Shown piece after piece: positions 1 to 10,630 of a DNA stretch of 64,000 nt. Made by a program: the position numbers and the translations under genes. Numbering within the stretch: the stretch's first letter is position 1; every line of letters starts with the position of its first letter. The notes below the pieces were generated by a model, which worked only from the letters and a program-made list of their open reading frames with translations, did not search any database and was not told the origin of the DNA. Source of the stretch: an uncultured Bacilli bacterium (GTDB lineage: Bacteria; Bacillota_I; Bacilli_A; RF39; UBA660); NCBI GenBank assembly GCA_934183185.1, contig CAKPSO010000005.1, forward strand, positions 890 to 64,889, given 5' to 3'.

Positions 1-1
1 T

Positions 2-295
2 TTAGAGTTTACTGAGATAAAATTTGAATTAATAAAAGAAGATGTTATGAATCGTTTCTTAACACGTAAAGAGATTAAAATGCGTAAATATCTAATTAAC
101 GAAATTAAAGATTCATATCGTAATAAGAATTTAAATAAACTTAAATTTTTATATACAGAATATTTTGATGACAATGAATCTAACCCAGAAGTTATGGTTA
201 ATTCACTAATAGATAGTATGACTAATGATTTAGATGATAAGCATATAAACTTATATAATTTATTATGCTTATCTCATAAGAAAAAACAAGTATGA
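2..295 (+). CDS. hypothetical protein, C-terminal part (reading frame open to window start)
   Basis: Frame 2 has no stop from nt 2 to TGA 293-295. No recognisable motif. Confidence 0.35.
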   Translation, partial: LEFTEIKFELIKEDVMNRFLTRKEIKMRKYLINEIKDSYRNKNLNKLKFLYTEYFDDNESNPEVMVNSLIDSMTNDLDDKHINLYNLLCLSHKKKQV

Positions 296-1297
296 TTAAT
301 AATCTATCTTCATACTTGTTTTTACTTTTTTCATAGTTTCTTCAGCTATTTTTTTGGCTTCTTTAGTGCCATGTTTTAATATTTTCTTTACTTCATCAGG
401 ATTTTCTTCATATTTATGTCTTCTTTCTCTGATTGGAGTAAGTATTTTTTCTAACTCTTGAATTAATTCTTTTTTACATTGAACACATCCACGAGTTCCC
501 TTTTTACATTCACTACATACATTTTCTAAATTAGGATTATCTACTAATTTATGATAATAGTAAACCATACAAATATCAGGATTGGCAGGATCATCTTTCT
601 TAATCTTATTAGGATCAGTTATTGCGCTCATTACTTTATTTTTAACAGTTTCACTATCATCAGTTAAATATAGGGCATTTCCTAAACTCTTACCCATTTT
701 TTCTTTTCCATCAAGTCCTTTAATACGTGGAGTTTTACTTAATAATGGTTCCGGTTCCTCAAGAGTAGTTCCATAAATATTATTGAATTTACGTACTATT
801 TCACGACACTGTTCAATTAATGGTAATTGATCTTCTCCAACAGGCACAAGTGTTCCATTAATAGAAGTAATATCAGCAGCTTGACTAACAGGATAACCAA
901 CAAAACCATAAGTTACGCCTTCACCATCTTTACCAAATAGTGACTTTTTTTGAGCTATTTCACTCTTTACTGTTGGATTACGATATAATCTAGACATAGT
1001 AACTAAATTAGAATAAAAAACTGTTAGTTCAGCAATTTCAGGTATTTGAGATTGAATAAATATATTTACTTTTTCTGGATCGATTCCAGCTGATAATAAA
1101 TCTAAAGTAATTTCTCTTACATTAGTTCTTACTTTTTCTGGATTATTAAAATTATCAGTTAAAGCTTGAACATCAGCTATTTCTAAGAAAAAATTATATT
1201 TACCTTGAAGATTAATCCAATTCTTTACAGCACCATATAAATGTCCAAAATGTAAATTACCAGTAGGACGTATTCCAGTTAAAATAGTTTTTTCCAT
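296..1297 (-). CDS. trpS: tryptophan--tRNA ligase
   Basis: Class I aaRS motifs: HIGH-like GIRPTGNLHFGHLYG and KMSKS-like KMGKS. 333 aa, typical TrpS size. Confidence 0.93.
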   Translation of the reverse strand: MEKTILTGIRPTGNLHFGHLYGAVKNWINLQGKYNFFLEIADVQALTDNFNNPEKVRTNVREITLDLLSAGIDPEKVNIFIQSQIPEIAELTVFYSNLVTMSRLYRNPTVKSEIAQKKSLFGKDGEGVTYGFVGYPVSQAADITSINGTLVPVGEDQLPLIEQCREIVRKFNNIYGTTLEEPEPLLSKTPRIKGLDGKEKMGKSLGNALYLTDDSETVKNKVMSAITDPNKIKKDDPANPDICMVYYYHKLVDNPNLENVCSECKKGTRGCVQCKKELIQELEKILTPIRERRHKYEENPDEVKKILKHGTKEAKKIAEETMKKVKTSMKIDY

Positions 1298-1390
1298 GTT
1301 ATCACTTCCTGGTTTTTATTTTATCATATTTTTAATAATTTTGTATAAAAAATGTTTTTTAGTAAATGATATTATTGAAGGAGGATAAAT

Positions 1391-1939
1391 ATGAAGCAAG
1401 TAAAAAAAATATTTGTTGGTATAATGGTACTTTTTTTAGCAGTTGGTTGTGGTAATATGATGAATACTCCTACTAAGAAAGTAGAGGAATTCTTAAGTAA
1501 ATATCAAACTCAGGATGAGAAAGTATTAGCTCAATTAGATGAAGTTATTGATAGTAGCGGTACTATGACTAAAGATCAAAAAGATAAATATCGAGATTTG
1601 ATGAAAAAACAGTATCAGAATTTAAGTTATAAGATAAAAGATGAGACTATAGATGGTAATAATGCTACAGTACAAGTAGAAATTGAAGTATATGATTATG
1701 CATCTTCTATATCTGAATCAGAAACATATCTTACTACTAATAAAGAGGAATTTATTAAGGAAGATACTAAAGAAGTAGATGATGAAAAATTTATGGATTA
1801 TAAGTTAAAACAATTATCTTTAGTAAAAGATAAAGTAAAGTATACCATTAATTTTACGCTTACTAAAACTGATGATAAGTGGATTCTTGATGATATTACT
1901 GAAATAGATCGTCAAAAGTTACATGGTTTATATTCATAA
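1391..1939 (+). CDS. putative lipoprotein
   Basis: Signal peptide ending in lipobox LAVGC. RBS GAAGGAGG upstream. Confidence 0.6.
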   Translation: MKQVKKIFVGIMVLFLAVGCGNMMNTPTKKVEEFLSKYQTQDEKVLAQLDEVIDSSGTMTKDQKDKYRDLMKKQYQNLSYKIKDETIDGNNATVQVEIEVYDYASSISESETYLTTNKEEFIKEDTKEVDDEKFMDYKLKQLSLVKDKVKYTINFTLTKTDDKWILDDITEIDRQKLHGLYS

Positions 1940-1980
1940 TAGGGGACTAATTTAGTTCCTTTTTTCATATGCTTTTATAG

Positions 1981-3063
1981 GTGATAGCTTTGAGAAAAAT
2001 TTTAGTCTTATTATTAATTTTAATATTAATTCCATCTCCAGTTTATGGAATAAGTGTTAGTAGTCGTAGTGCCTGTTTAATGGATAGTGATTCTGGTAGA
2101 GTCTTATATGCTAAGGATAAGGATAATCCTAGACTTATAGCTTCTATTACTAAGATAATGACAGCTATTATAGCTATAGAATCAGGTAGACTTGATGAAG
2201 AAGTAACTGTTGGGGAAGAAGTGCTTACTATGTATGGTTCTAACATTTATATTGAACTTGGAGAAAAGATGAAGTTACTTGATATGGTATATGGATTAAT
2301 GATGAGAAGTGGTAATGATGCAGCTATCGTAATAGCTACTTTTATTGGTGGTAATGAAGAAAACTTTGTGAAGATGATGAATGAAAAAGCTCAGGCTATT
2401 GGAATGACAAATACAGTTTTTAATAATTCTCATGGTTTAGATGAAGTAACACAGAATAAATCAACAGCTTATGATATGGCATTACTATCTAGTTATGCTT
2501 CTCATAATGAAATTTATATGAAAATAGTTGGAACTAAAAAATATAGTGTACAGAGTGATAGAAAGAGTTATTTATGGCATAATCGCAATAAATTATTAAC
2601 TAGTTATAGCTATGCTACTGGTGGTAAGACTGGTTATACTCCTAGTGCTGGTAGGACTTTAGTAACAAATGCTAGTAAAAATAATTTGAACCTAACAGTA
2701 GTTACTTTAAATGATGGTAATGAATATCAAACTCATGAAGAATTATATGAATATGCTTTTTCTAAATATCAAAATTACGTTATTCTTAATCCTAAAAAGT
2801 TTAAGATAGATGATGCTTATTATCCAGATAAAGTCTATATCCTTAATCAATTTACTTATCCGTTAACAGAAGAAGAAAAGGATCAGGTAAAAGTATTAGT
2901 TAAGTTAACTAAATTAAATCAGTACCGTGATAAGGATCAAGTTGGAGTAGTTATAGTAAAACTAGGAGATAAAGAAATATATAGTGAGAAAGTATATGTT
3001 AAAGTAGAAAGTACGAAGAAGAAAAATATATTTTCTAGGATTTGGTCGTGGTTATTTGATTAA
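1981..3063 (+). CDS. dacB: D-alanyl-D-alanine carboxypeptidase (sporulation PBP5*-type)
   Basis: SxxK (SITK), SxN (SGND) and KTG (KTGYT) motifs. Directly followed by spmA-spmB, as in the Bacillus dacB operon. Confidence 0.85.
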   Translation: MIALRKILVLLLILILIPSPVYGISVSSRSACLMDSDSGRVLYAKDKDNPRLIASITKIMTAIIAIESGRLDEEVTVGEEVLTMYGSNIYIELGEKMKLLDMVYGLMMRSGNDAAIVIATFIGGNEENFVKMMNEKAQAIGMTNTVFNNSHGLDEVTQNKSTAYDMALLSSYASHNEIYMKIVGTKKYSVQSDRKSYLWHNRNKLLTSYSYATGGKTGYTPSAGRTLVTNASKNNLNLTVVTLNDGNEYQTHEELYEYAFSKYQNYVILNPKKFKIDDAYYPDKVYILNQFTYPLTEEEKDQVKVLVKLTKLNQYRDKDQVGVVIVKLGDKEIYSEKVYVKVESTKKKNIFSRIWSWLFD

Positions 3064-3637
3064 TAAGATATGGGGTAGTTTTATTATAATTGGGATAGTA
3101 TATGCTATTATAATGGGTAATGTAGGTGGTATTAATAAAGAAATTATAGAGTGTGGTGATAGTAGTTTAAAACTATTTATTAGTATGTTTCCACTTATGA
3201 TTTTATGGAGCGGAATTATGAATATAGCTAAGAGTGCTGGTATACTTGATTTTTTAGCTAAATGTATGATGCCTGTTTTTAAAATTATATTTCCAGATTT
3301 AAAAAAAGATAATAAGGCTTTAGGATATATTGCTTCTAATTTAACTATTAACATGTTAGGCATACATAATGCTTCAACTCCTTTTGGATTAAAAGCAATG
3401 AAGTGTTTACAGGAAGAAAATCCTGATAAAAAGACTGCTACTCGTAGTATGATTACATTTTTAGTATTAAATACTAGTGGAGTTACATTAATAGCTACTG
3501 ATATATTATCTATTAGAAGTTCTATGGGTAGTAGTAATCCAGCTGAGTTATTAGGAATAACTATTATAGCTACTATTATAAATACAACTTTAGCTCTTTT
3601 GATGGATAGATTTTTATGGAGAGTGTCTAGAAAATGA
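3056..3637 (+). CDS. spmA: spore maturation protein A
   Basis: Polytopic membrane protein starting MINKIWG, nucleoside-recognition (Gate) like. Position in the dacB-spmA-spmB operon. Confidence 0.8.
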   Translation: MINKIWGSFIIIGIVYAIIMGNVGGINKEIIECGDSSLKLFISMFPLMILWSGIMNIAKSAGILDFLAKCMMPVFKIIFPDLKKDNKALGYIASNLTINMLGIHNASTPFGLKAMKCLQEENPDKKTATRSMITFLVLNTSGVTLIATDILSIRSSMGSSNPAELLGITIIATIINTTLALLMDRFLWRVSRK

Positions 3638-4161
3638 TAACTAATATTAGTAATTATTTTATACCTTTGATTGTGTTAGTAATTATTATTATAGCTATGA
3701 AGAAGAAGGTAGCTGTATTTGATGAATTCGTTATAGGAGCAGGTGAAGGTATTAAGTTAGCTATTAGTATTTTTCCATGTTTGATTGCAATGATATTTGG
3801 AATAAATATTTTACTTAGAAGTAATATTTTAGATCAGGTATTATCTTTATTTAAACCAATACTTGATTTTATTCATCTGCCAGCACCTATTTTGCCTATG
3901 GCTATTATTAGACCAATATCAGGTAATGCTAGTTTTGCGGTTATGATTGATATTATGAAAACATATGGGGTTGATTCATATATAGGTAGAATTGTATCTG
4001 TTATGCAAGGGGCTACGGACACTACTATTTACGTTATTTCATTGTACTTTGGAAGTATTGGGATTAAAAATATTAGATATGCATTGAAAGCTGGATTGTT
4101 TGCGGATTTAGTTACTTTAATTGTTAGTATTATGTTAGTTAGTATTGTGTTTGGAAGATGA
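3634..4161 (+). CDS. spmB: spore maturation protein B
   Basis: Membrane protein. 4-nt overlap with spmA. Operon synteny. Confidence 0.8.
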   Translation: MITNISNYFIPLIVLVIIIIAMKKKVAVFDEFVIGAGEGIKLAISIFPCLIAMIFGINILLRSNILDQVLSLFKPILDFIHLPAPILPMAIIRPISGNASFAVMIDIMKTYGVDSYIGRIVSVMQGATDTTIYVISLYFGSIGIKNIRYALKAGLFADLVTLIVSIMLVSIVFGR

Positions 4162-4239
4162 TTTTTAAAATAAAAATTGCTTTTTCTATGAAATAAAGTT
4201 ATAATCTAAGCAATGTAAAAAATGTCTGGAGGTAGACTT

Positions 4240-4983
4240 ATGGAACGTATACAAAAGGTTATAGCTAATAGTGGGGTTTGTTCACGTAGAAAAGCTGAAG
4301 AATTAATTAAAGCTGGTAGGGTAACTGTTGATGGTAATATAGCTAGAATTGGTACTTCTGTTAGTGAAAAGAATTTAATAGAAATTGATGATATTAAGGT
4401 AGAACAACAGGACAAAGTATATTATTTACTTAATAAACCTCGTGGAGTAGTTACTACTACTAGTGATGATAAGAATCGTAAGACTGTATTAGATCTTATT
4501 ACTACTGATAAAAGAATTTATCCAGTTGGTAGATTAGATTATGATACTACTGGAGCTTTATTACTTACTAACGATGGAGAGTTTGCTAATTTAATGATGC
4601 ACCCTAAAAATGAGGTTGATAAAGTATATATAGCTAAACTAGATAGAATTATTAAGTCAGATGAAGTAAAGAAATTAAAACAGGGTGTATTGATAGATGA
4701 TAATGTTTTAGTAAAGGCTTCTAGGGTAAAGGTTCGTAAGATAGATTATAACAATGAGAATTGTTTGGTAGAAATTACGATTCATGAAGGTAAGAATCAT
4801 CAGGTTAAGAAGATGTTTGAATCACTTGGTATTAGAGTTGATAAATTGAAAAGAGAAAGAATTGCTTTTTTAGATGTATTACATTTAAATTCAGGTGAAT
4901 ATAGAGAACTAAATAAAAAAGAAGTTCATCAGCTATATGCTTTGGCTTCTACTAATAATAAAGGGAAAAAAAGTTCACGTTAG
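4240..4983 (+). CDS. rluB: 23S rRNA pseudouridine synthase, RsuA/RluB family
   Basis: S4 domain RIQKVIANSGVCSRRKAEELIKAGRVTVDG. Catalytic GRLDYDTTGALLLTNDG. GGAGG RBS before ATG 4240. Confidence 0.88.
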   Translation: MERIQKVIANSGVCSRRKAEELIKAGRVTVDGNIARIGTSVSEKNLIEIDDIKVEQQDKVYYLLNKPRGVVTTTSDDKNRKTVLDLITTDKRIYPVGRLDYDTTGALLLTNDGEFANLMMHPKNEVDKVYIAKLDRIIKSDEVKKLKQGVLIDDNVLVKASRVKVRKIDYNNENCLVEITIHEGKNHQVKKMFESLGIRVDKLKRERIAFLDVLHLNSGEYRELNKKEVHQLYALASTNNKGKKSSR

Positions 4984-4997
4984 TTATGAACTTTTTT

Positions 4998-5201
4998 TTA
5001 TTTCTCAGTTTCAATAGCTCCTACAGGACAACTTTCAGAAGCATCCTTTACACTATCAATATCACTTTCATTAATTATATTGTCTGTTATTTCTTTTTTT
5101 ACTTCAGCTAGACCATCAGCACCAATTTTAAATACATTATCAGCTATAACAGTACAAGCACCACAACCAATACATACATCTTTTTTAACAAATGCTTTCA
5201 T
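4998..5201 (-). CDS. 4Fe-4S ferredoxin
   Basis: CIGCGAC ... CPVGAI cluster ligands. 67 aa. Confidence 0.85.
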   Translation of the reverse strand: MKAFVKKDVCIGCGACTVIADNVFKIGADGLAEVKKEITDNIINESDIDSVKDASESCPVGAIETEK

Positions 5202-5328
5202 AATTTCCTCCTTGTATCTTTATTATAACTTAAAAAAAATAAATCTACAATTATTTAAATATAAAATTTTTATTTCTTTACTCTTTATTTTATGCTATGA
5301 TATTGGTATATAGAATAGAGGTGGATGT

Positions 5329-6174
5329 ATGGTAAGCAGAATGGAACGTTATAATGATAACTCTTCTAGTAATAATAGTCGTTTGTCCAAAAATAGGGAA
5401 CTTTATGAAAATTTGTATACAAGTTCTAGTTATGCTGAGTTTACTGATATTAATTCTAGTAACGTTATTGATTTAAGTAGTGATGTATCTCATAAGATTG
5501 GTAAGAGAGAAGAATATCAGAAAAGAAAAGACATGTCTACTTTTGATGAAGATGATGATTATCAAATACCTAAAGTCACATCATATCAGACTAATCCTAC
5601 TTCAACACCTAGTTTTAAAAACTATGATATTAATTCAATTTTGGATCATGCTAAAAAGAGTCGTGTAGAAGTAGATGATTTAGAGAAAAAAAGAAAACTT
5701 CGTACAACTGAATATAATATTTTAGCTGATCTTACAGAAGAGAAGTTAAAAGAACATAAAGAGAAGAAAAGACAGGTTTTATCTGAACGAGAAAAGGATG
5801 AATTAGAAGAATTAGTTAATACTATTACCTCAAATACTATGCGTCAAGAAATAGATGCTGAACTATTTAAAGATTTGATGCCTACTGACAAAGATGAAAC
5901 TGTTGTTTCCTCAAATTTAAAACAACAAATAGAATTAGCTAGCACTGATACTATTACTACAGATAGTATGGAAGAGTCAGATACTGCTAAACTTGATCCA
6001 TCATTTTTTACTAAATCAATGGACTTATCAGGAGAAGACTTAGTATCTGATGAAGAATTAGATGATTCATTTAAAGATGATAATAATAAATCTAGATTAT
6101 TAAAAATAATAGTAGCTATTTTAGTAATAGTAATTATAATAGCTATTGTCTTTATTATTTACCAAGTATTATAA
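5329..6174 (+). CDS. hypothetical acidic protein with C-terminal membrane anchor
   Basis: Low-complexity Ser/Asp/Glu-rich body. C-terminal hydrophobic helix LLKIIVAILVIVIIIAIVFIIY. Confidence 0.5.
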   Translation: MVSRMERYNDNSSSNNSRLSKNRELYENLYTSSSYAEFTDINSSNVIDLSSDVSHKIGKREEYQKRKDMSTFDEDDDYQIPKVTSYQTNPTSTPSFKNYDINSILDHAKKSRVEVDDLEKKRKLRTTEYNILADLTEEKLKEHKEKKRQVLSEREKDELEELVNTITSNTMRQEIDAELFKDLMPTDKDETVVSSNLKQQIELASTDTITTDSMEESDTAKLDPSFFTKSMDLSGEDLVSDEELDDSFKDDNNKSRLLKIIVAILVIVIIIAIVFIIYQVL

Positions 6175-6216
6175 AATATGGTAGTTAAACTTTTTCTTTT
6201 TCATATATTTTATTAG

Positions 6217-6996
6217 GTGATACCTATGAGAACTAGAAGAGTACACTTTAGGAGAAAAAGAATTAGTCGAATAAAAAAGAAAAATTTATTTTTTATTTTA
6301 TTATTAGTAACTATAATTAGTATTTTTTCATTACTATTTTATATTAGTAAGAAGATTGAACCAATATTACTTGAAACAGCTGAACTTGAAGTTAATAAGT
6401 TTTCTACTATTATAGTGAATAAGGCTATTTCTCAGGTACTTGAGGATAAAATTAATGCTAATAACATTTTTGAAATGTCTAAAAACAAAAATGATGAGAT
6501 ACAAACTATAGATTTTAATCCAGTGATAGTAAATCAAATTTTAAGTGTTGCAACTACAGTAGTACAAAGTAATTTAAAACTTTTAGAGAGTGGTGAATTA
6601 GAATCCATTGGAGTTTATGATATGGATCTTTCTAAAAACAGAATAAATGATTTAGAAAAGGGAATTATTATGCGTATTCCTATGGGAGTTGTGTCTAATA
6701 ATAGCTTATTTTCTAACTTGGGTCCTAAGATACCGATAAGATTGCATTATCTTGGGGATGTTAATAGTAATATTACTACTAATATAACTCAGTATGGTAT
6801 TAATAATGCTATGATAGAAGTAGGAATTCATATAGAAATGACAGCTCAAATTATTTTGCCATTAATGACTAAGAAGAAAGTACTTGACTATAATATCCCA
6901 GTCGTTATTAAGATTGTGCAAGGAATAGTACCAAGTTATTATGGAAATGGATTACTAAAAGATTCAGCTATTTATTCACTTCCATTTAGTAATTAA
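6217..6996 (+). CDS. yunB: sporulation protein YunB-like
   Basis: N-terminal TM followed by a YunB-like body. Neighbours are yutD and DUF1292 genes. Size about 250 aa. Confidence 0.65.
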   Translation: MIPMRTRRVHFRRKRISRIKKKNLFFILLLVTIISIFSLLFYISKKIEPILLETAELEVNKFSTIIVNKAISQVLEDKINANNIFEMSKNKNDEIQTIDFNPVIVNQILSVATTVVQSNLKLLESGELESIGVYDMDLSKNRINDLEKGIIMRIPMGVVSNNSLFSNLGPKIPIRLHYLGDVNSNITTNITQYGINNAMIEVGIHIEMTAQIILPLMTKKKVLDYNIPVVIKIVQGIVPSYYGNGLLKDSAIYSLPFSN

Positions 6997-7016
6997 AAGA
7001 AGGATGAGGTAAAAAT

Positions 7017-7292
7017 ATGGAAACAATTAAATTAGGAAATAATGAATATGAAATTATTAATAATTATAAAGATGGTTATGACGAAGAATTAGTAGTTGAA
7101 AAATATACTGATTATTTTGAACCATTTGATTATATATTTGGTGATTTTTCATATGATAAGTTACGTCTAAAGGGATTTTATGAATCAAATAATAGTAACG
7201 TTCAAGTATTTAATGATATTAAAAATATGGAAGATTATATAAAAAACTACTGTTCTTATGAATGCCGTTACTTTTTATTAAAAAAAATCTAA
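7017..7292 (+). CDS. yutD: YutD family protein (DUF1027)
   Basis: YKDGYDEE...FDYIFGDFSYDKLRLKGFY...YCSYECRYFLLKK matches the YutD pattern. Confidence 0.8.
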   Translation: METIKLGNNEYEIINNYKDGYDEELVVEKYTDYFEPFDYIFGDFSYDKLRLKGFYESNNSNVQVFNDIKNMEDYIKNYCSYECRYFLLKKI

Positions 7293-7366
7293 AAAGTCAA
7301 TAAAAATAGTTGAATTATATGTAAAATATGGTAAAATGATATATAGATAATAAAGGAGGATAAAAA

Positions 7367-7648
7367 ATGTCAGAAGTTAAATCAAAAGATTCTAAAAAGA
7401 ATATGTCTATCGTACTAGAAGATGGTACTGTTGATACAGTTGAACTATTATTTGCTTTTGAGTTCAATGATACAAAAAAGGAATATGCTGTATATACAAA
7501 AAATGAAAAGGATGAAAGTGGAAATATAACTATTTATGTTTCATCAGTTATTCGCGATGGCGATGATATAAAACTTGGTAGTGTTGAAACTGATGAAGAT
7601 TGGTCTAAGATTAAAGATGTTTTAAGAGAACTTTCAAAGAATCAATAA
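7367..7648 (+). CDS. DUF1292 domain protein
   Basis: VLEDGTVDTVELLFAFEF...KEYAVY...ETDEDWSKIKDVL is the typical DUF1292 layout. Confidence 0.7.
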   Translation: MSEVKSKDSKKNMSIVLEDGTVDTVELLFAFEFNDTKKEYAVYTKNEKDESGNITIYVSSVIRDGDDIKLGSVETDEDWSKIKDVLRELSKNQ

Positions 7649-7667
7649 ATAGAAAGGTGATAGTTTT

Positions 7668-8687
7668 ATGGCAGACTTAGAAAATTTAAAGTTTACTACT
7701 GTTGATTTTGAAAATAGAATTACAGATGGTAAAGAATTTAATGGAGTTGGATATCCTAATCGTATACGTTTGCGTCAAACTAGTTATGCTAACGCTTTAG
7801 AAAAACTAGCTACTTATAGTAAAAATGTTGCTTTAGAAGCTACTGATACTAATGCTGATTCTGGATATACTATAAGTGATGTAAATATAGATAATGTTTC
7901 AATGGTTGCTCCTTCTAAACCAATTATGCTAAAGGGTGAAAAATTTAATAACATTAAGAAAAATTTAAATATCGCTCCAACTGTTCAGGAAGAAAAGAAA
8001 GAACAGGAAGATACAACTATAGAAGTACCTACTATTGATACTGAAAAGAATGAACCAGTAGTTGAAGATAAAGAAGAGAAAAATGAAGAAGTAGTGCCTA
8101 TGGTAGCAGAAACTAGTAAACAAAGTAGTAACGATATAGCTATGGATAATAGTGAAATTGATAAAGTTTATGAACAAATCCAAAAAGAGACTGAAGAAAC
8201 ATTACGTGCTAAAGAAACTGCATTAAAAGCTCAAAAGAGTGTTGAAACAGTTAAATTAGAAATAAAACAAAAAATGGAAGAATCAGATGCTAAGGTATTA
8301 GAAAAGAGTACTGAACAAGCAGAAATGCGTGCTAGAAAAGAAGCAGCATTAACAAGAAAACAAGAAATAGATCGTTCCATTATTGCAGCTTTCTCTAGTC
8401 AGAGACAGGCTTTAACATTAGCTAAAGAAAAATATCTAAAGCAACAAGAAACATCTCAAAACGAAATAAATGAACTACAAAAACAAGCAGAATTAAAAGC
8501 TCAAGAAAATAGTAATAAGATAGTTGAATTTCAAAGAACTATAGATCAAGATCGTAATGACTTAACTGAAGTGGAAAATGAAATAGCTAGAAAAGAAGCA
8601 ATTCTAAAAGCTTTATCTAATCCATTAGAACTTAATAATCCTTCTGTAGTTAATGAAGAAGAAAAAACTTATAAGAAAGTTGCTTAA
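7668..8687 (+). CDS. hypothetical coiled-coil protein
   Basis: Long E/K/Q-rich heptad-like C-terminal half. No enzymatic motif. Confidence 0.5.
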   Translation: MADLENLKFTTVDFENRITDGKEFNGVGYPNRIRLRQTSYANALEKLATYSKNVALEATDTNADSGYTISDVNIDNVSMVAPSKPIMLKGEKFNNIKKNLNIAPTVQEEKKEQEDTTIEVPTIDTEKNEPVVEDKEEKNEEVVPMVAETSKQSSNDIAMDNSEIDKVYEQIQKETEETLRAKETALKAQKSVETVKLEIKQKMEESDAKVLEKSTEQAEMRARKEAALTRKQEIDRSIIAAFSSQRQALTLAKEKYLKQQETSQNEINELQKQAELKAQENSNKIVEFQRTIDQDRNDLTEVENEIARKEAILKALSNPLELNNPSVVNEEEKTYKKVA

Positions 8688-8735
8688 TACATTAAAGAGT
8701 ACTATTATTAGTACTCTTTTCATATACTTTAATGG

Positions 8736-9668
8736 GTGAATATCATGAAAAATTATATAAATTATTATTATCATTTTTATGTAACTGATATTCGCTTATG
8801 TAGAGATAAATATTTTTTTTCTTATAATAATGATAAATATATGTTTTGTGAATGTACTGGGATAAAGCCATATATTAATAGTATATATAAACTATCTAAA
8901 CAGTTAAATTATTATAATAAATATTATCATGAAATGGTATATAATAAAGATTATTTGCTTGTTACTACTATTCAGAATAAAGAATATGTAATGTTAAAAC
9001 TTAGTAAAGTAGTGGGTGATAAAATAAGTATTTATGATATTAAGGGTAAAGATTATATAAATGTTAGTAAAGATTTTGATTTATTATTGAAGTTTCATTG
9101 GATAGATTATTGGGAAAATAAAATAGATTATTTTGAAAATATAATAATGACTAAGAAGTCAGAATATTATATTTATTTAGATAGTTTCTATTATTATGTT
9201 GGATTAGCAGAGAATGCAGTTATATATATAAAAGAAGCTATAACTAATATAGAGGAAAATTATAGTAATGATTTTGTTGCTTCACATAGAAGGTTTACTA
9301 CTGATATGTCATTAATTGATTTTTATAATCCAATATTATTGATAATAGATCATCGTAGTAGAGATGTAGCTGAATTTTTAAAGTATTCGTTTTTAAATAA
9401 TGATTATGATATTAATACTATTAGAGAGTATCTTAAAAAATATAATTTAACTAGGCTAGGGGCTCATTTATTATTTGGTAGACTATTATTCCCAAGCTTT
9501 TATTTCGATTGCTTAGAGGGTATAATAAATGGTAAAAAGAGTAATACTATTTATATGTTAGAAACTAGTATTAAAAATTATAATATGTTTTTAAATGATA
9601 TATTTGAAATATTGAGTAGTTGGTTTCAGATGCAAGAAATAAGCTGGCTTAAAATAAAAAAAATGTAA
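8736..9668 (+). CDS. CotS/YutH-like spore-coat kinase-fold protein (tentative)
   Basis: About 310 aa and Tyr/Asn-rich. Lies next to the nfu (yutI-like) gene, as yutH does in Bacillus. Kinase-fold motifs are weak. Confidence 0.4.
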   Translation: MNIMKNYINYYYHFYVTDIRLCRDKYFFSYNNDKYMFCECTGIKPYINSIYKLSKQLNYYNKYYHEMVYNKDYLLVTTIQNKEYVMLKLSKVVGDKISIYDIKGKDYINVSKDFDLLLKFHWIDYWENKIDYFENIIMTKKSEYYIYLDSFYYYVGLAENAVIYIKEAITNIEENYSNDFVASHRRFTTDMSLIDFYNPILLIIDHRSRDVAEFLKYSFLNNDYDINTIREYLKKYNLTRLGAHLLFGRLLFPSFYFDCLEGIINGKKSNTIYMLETSIKNYNMFLNDIFEILSSWFQMQEISWLKIKKM

Positions 9669-9908
9669 CTATTCAATTACATTTTCTACACTCTTAATTT
9701 CTGGTATTTCACTCATTAATGATAATTCTATGCCTTCTTTTAAAGTAGAGTCAATCATAGGACATCCCTGGCAGTGTCCAAGTAATTTTACGTATACTAT
9801 ACCATCTTTATATTCAATAAATTCAATGTCACCACCATCATTTATTAAAAATGGTCTTATTTTATCAATTATTTCATTGATTTTTTTTACTATTTCTTCG
9901 TCTTTCAT
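9669..9908 (-). CDS. NifU-like (Nfu) Fe-S cluster scaffold/carrier domain protein
   Basis: IRPFLINDGGDIEFIEYKDGIVYVKLLGHCQGCP motif. AGGTGA RBS before the internal ATG. Confidence 0.85.
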   Translation of the reverse strand: MKDEEIVKKINEIIDKIRPFLINDGGDIEFIEYKDGIVYVKLLGHCQGCPMIDSTLKEGIELSLMSEIPEIKSVENVIE

Positions 9909-10013
9909 TTTTATCACCTGTATACATTATATGATAAATGCTATGTAAATGCAATTTCTATTCTATTGATTTTGACAAATATGTTTGGTATAATTAACAC
10001 CAAGAAGGCGATA

Positions 10014-10376
10014 ATGATGTTGAAATACAAAAAGGGTAAGATAGTAACAGGATGTGTTACTGGTATTGAGAAATATGGAATATTTGTAGGCTTAGATGAA
10101 TTTTATAGTGGACTTATTCATATTTCAGAGATTTCTGATGGATTTGTGAGAGATATTAATGACTATGTTAATGTTGGGGAAACAATAAAAGTTAAGATTC
10201 TAGATACAGATGATGATCATTATCATGTTAAATTGAGTATTCGTAATATTAAGTATCGTATTTGTAATAAAAAAAGAAATAAAATAGTAGAAATTGGGAG
10301 TGGATTTGAGCCACTAAAAAATCATCTTGATGGGTGGATATCTATGAAAATTGATGAAAATTCAAAAAATGAATAA
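10014..10376 (+). CDS. S1 RNA-binding domain protein (YugI/CvfD-like)
   Basis: GKIVTGCVTGIEKYGIFVGL...GLIHISEISDGFVRDINDYVNVGETIKVKIL is an S1 fold signature. Confidence 0.8.
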   Translation: MMLKYKKGKIVTGCVTGIEKYGIFVGLDEFYSGLIHISEISDGFVRDINDYVNVGETIKVKILDTDDDHYHVKLSIRNIKYRICNKKRNKIVEIGSGFEPLKNHLDGWISMKIDENSKNE

Positions 10377-10403
10377 AAAAATTTATTTTTCTAATTATTT
10401 ATA

Positions 10404-10432
10404 TTGACAAATATTTTTATAAATGTTATATT
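10404..10432 (+). promoter_or_regulatory. sigmaA-type promoter of the tRNA array
   Basis: TTGACA (10404-10409), 17-nt spacer, TGtTATATT extended -10 (10424-10432). Lies about 25 nt before the first tRNA. Confidence 0.6.
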
Positions 10433-10457
10433 TGATAACGTCAAGTGATTAGTTCAT

Positions 10458-10534
10458 GGGCGATTAGCTCAGTTGGTTAGAGCACCTGCCTTACAAGCAG
10501 GGGGTCACAGGTTCGAGTCCTGTATCGCCCACCA
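10458..10534 (+). tRNA. tRNA-Val (anticodon TAC)
   Basis: Cloverleaf folded by hand. Anticodon loop CTTACAA, encoded CCA, discriminator A. Confidence 0.9.
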
Positions 10535-10547
10535 TTTTTATATTTAT

Positions 10548-10623
10548 GCCGAAATAGCTCAATTGGTAGAGCAATTGATTTGTAATCAATAGGTTACGGG
10601 TTCGATTCCTGTTTTCGGCACCA
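10548..10623 (+). tRNA. tRNA-Thr (TGT)
   Basis: Acceptor GCCGAAA/TTTCGGC. Loop TTTGTAA. CCA encoded. Confidence 0.9.
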
Positions 10624-10630
10624 TTATTTT

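Noticed and set aside
9972-9994. TTGACA ... TATAAT pair upstream of the S1-domain gene
   Set aside because: The spacer is only 11 nt, so this pair cannot be a canonical sigmaA promoter. It also shows that the track's TTG start at 9966 is not credible, so ATG 10014 with RBS AAGAAGG was used instead.
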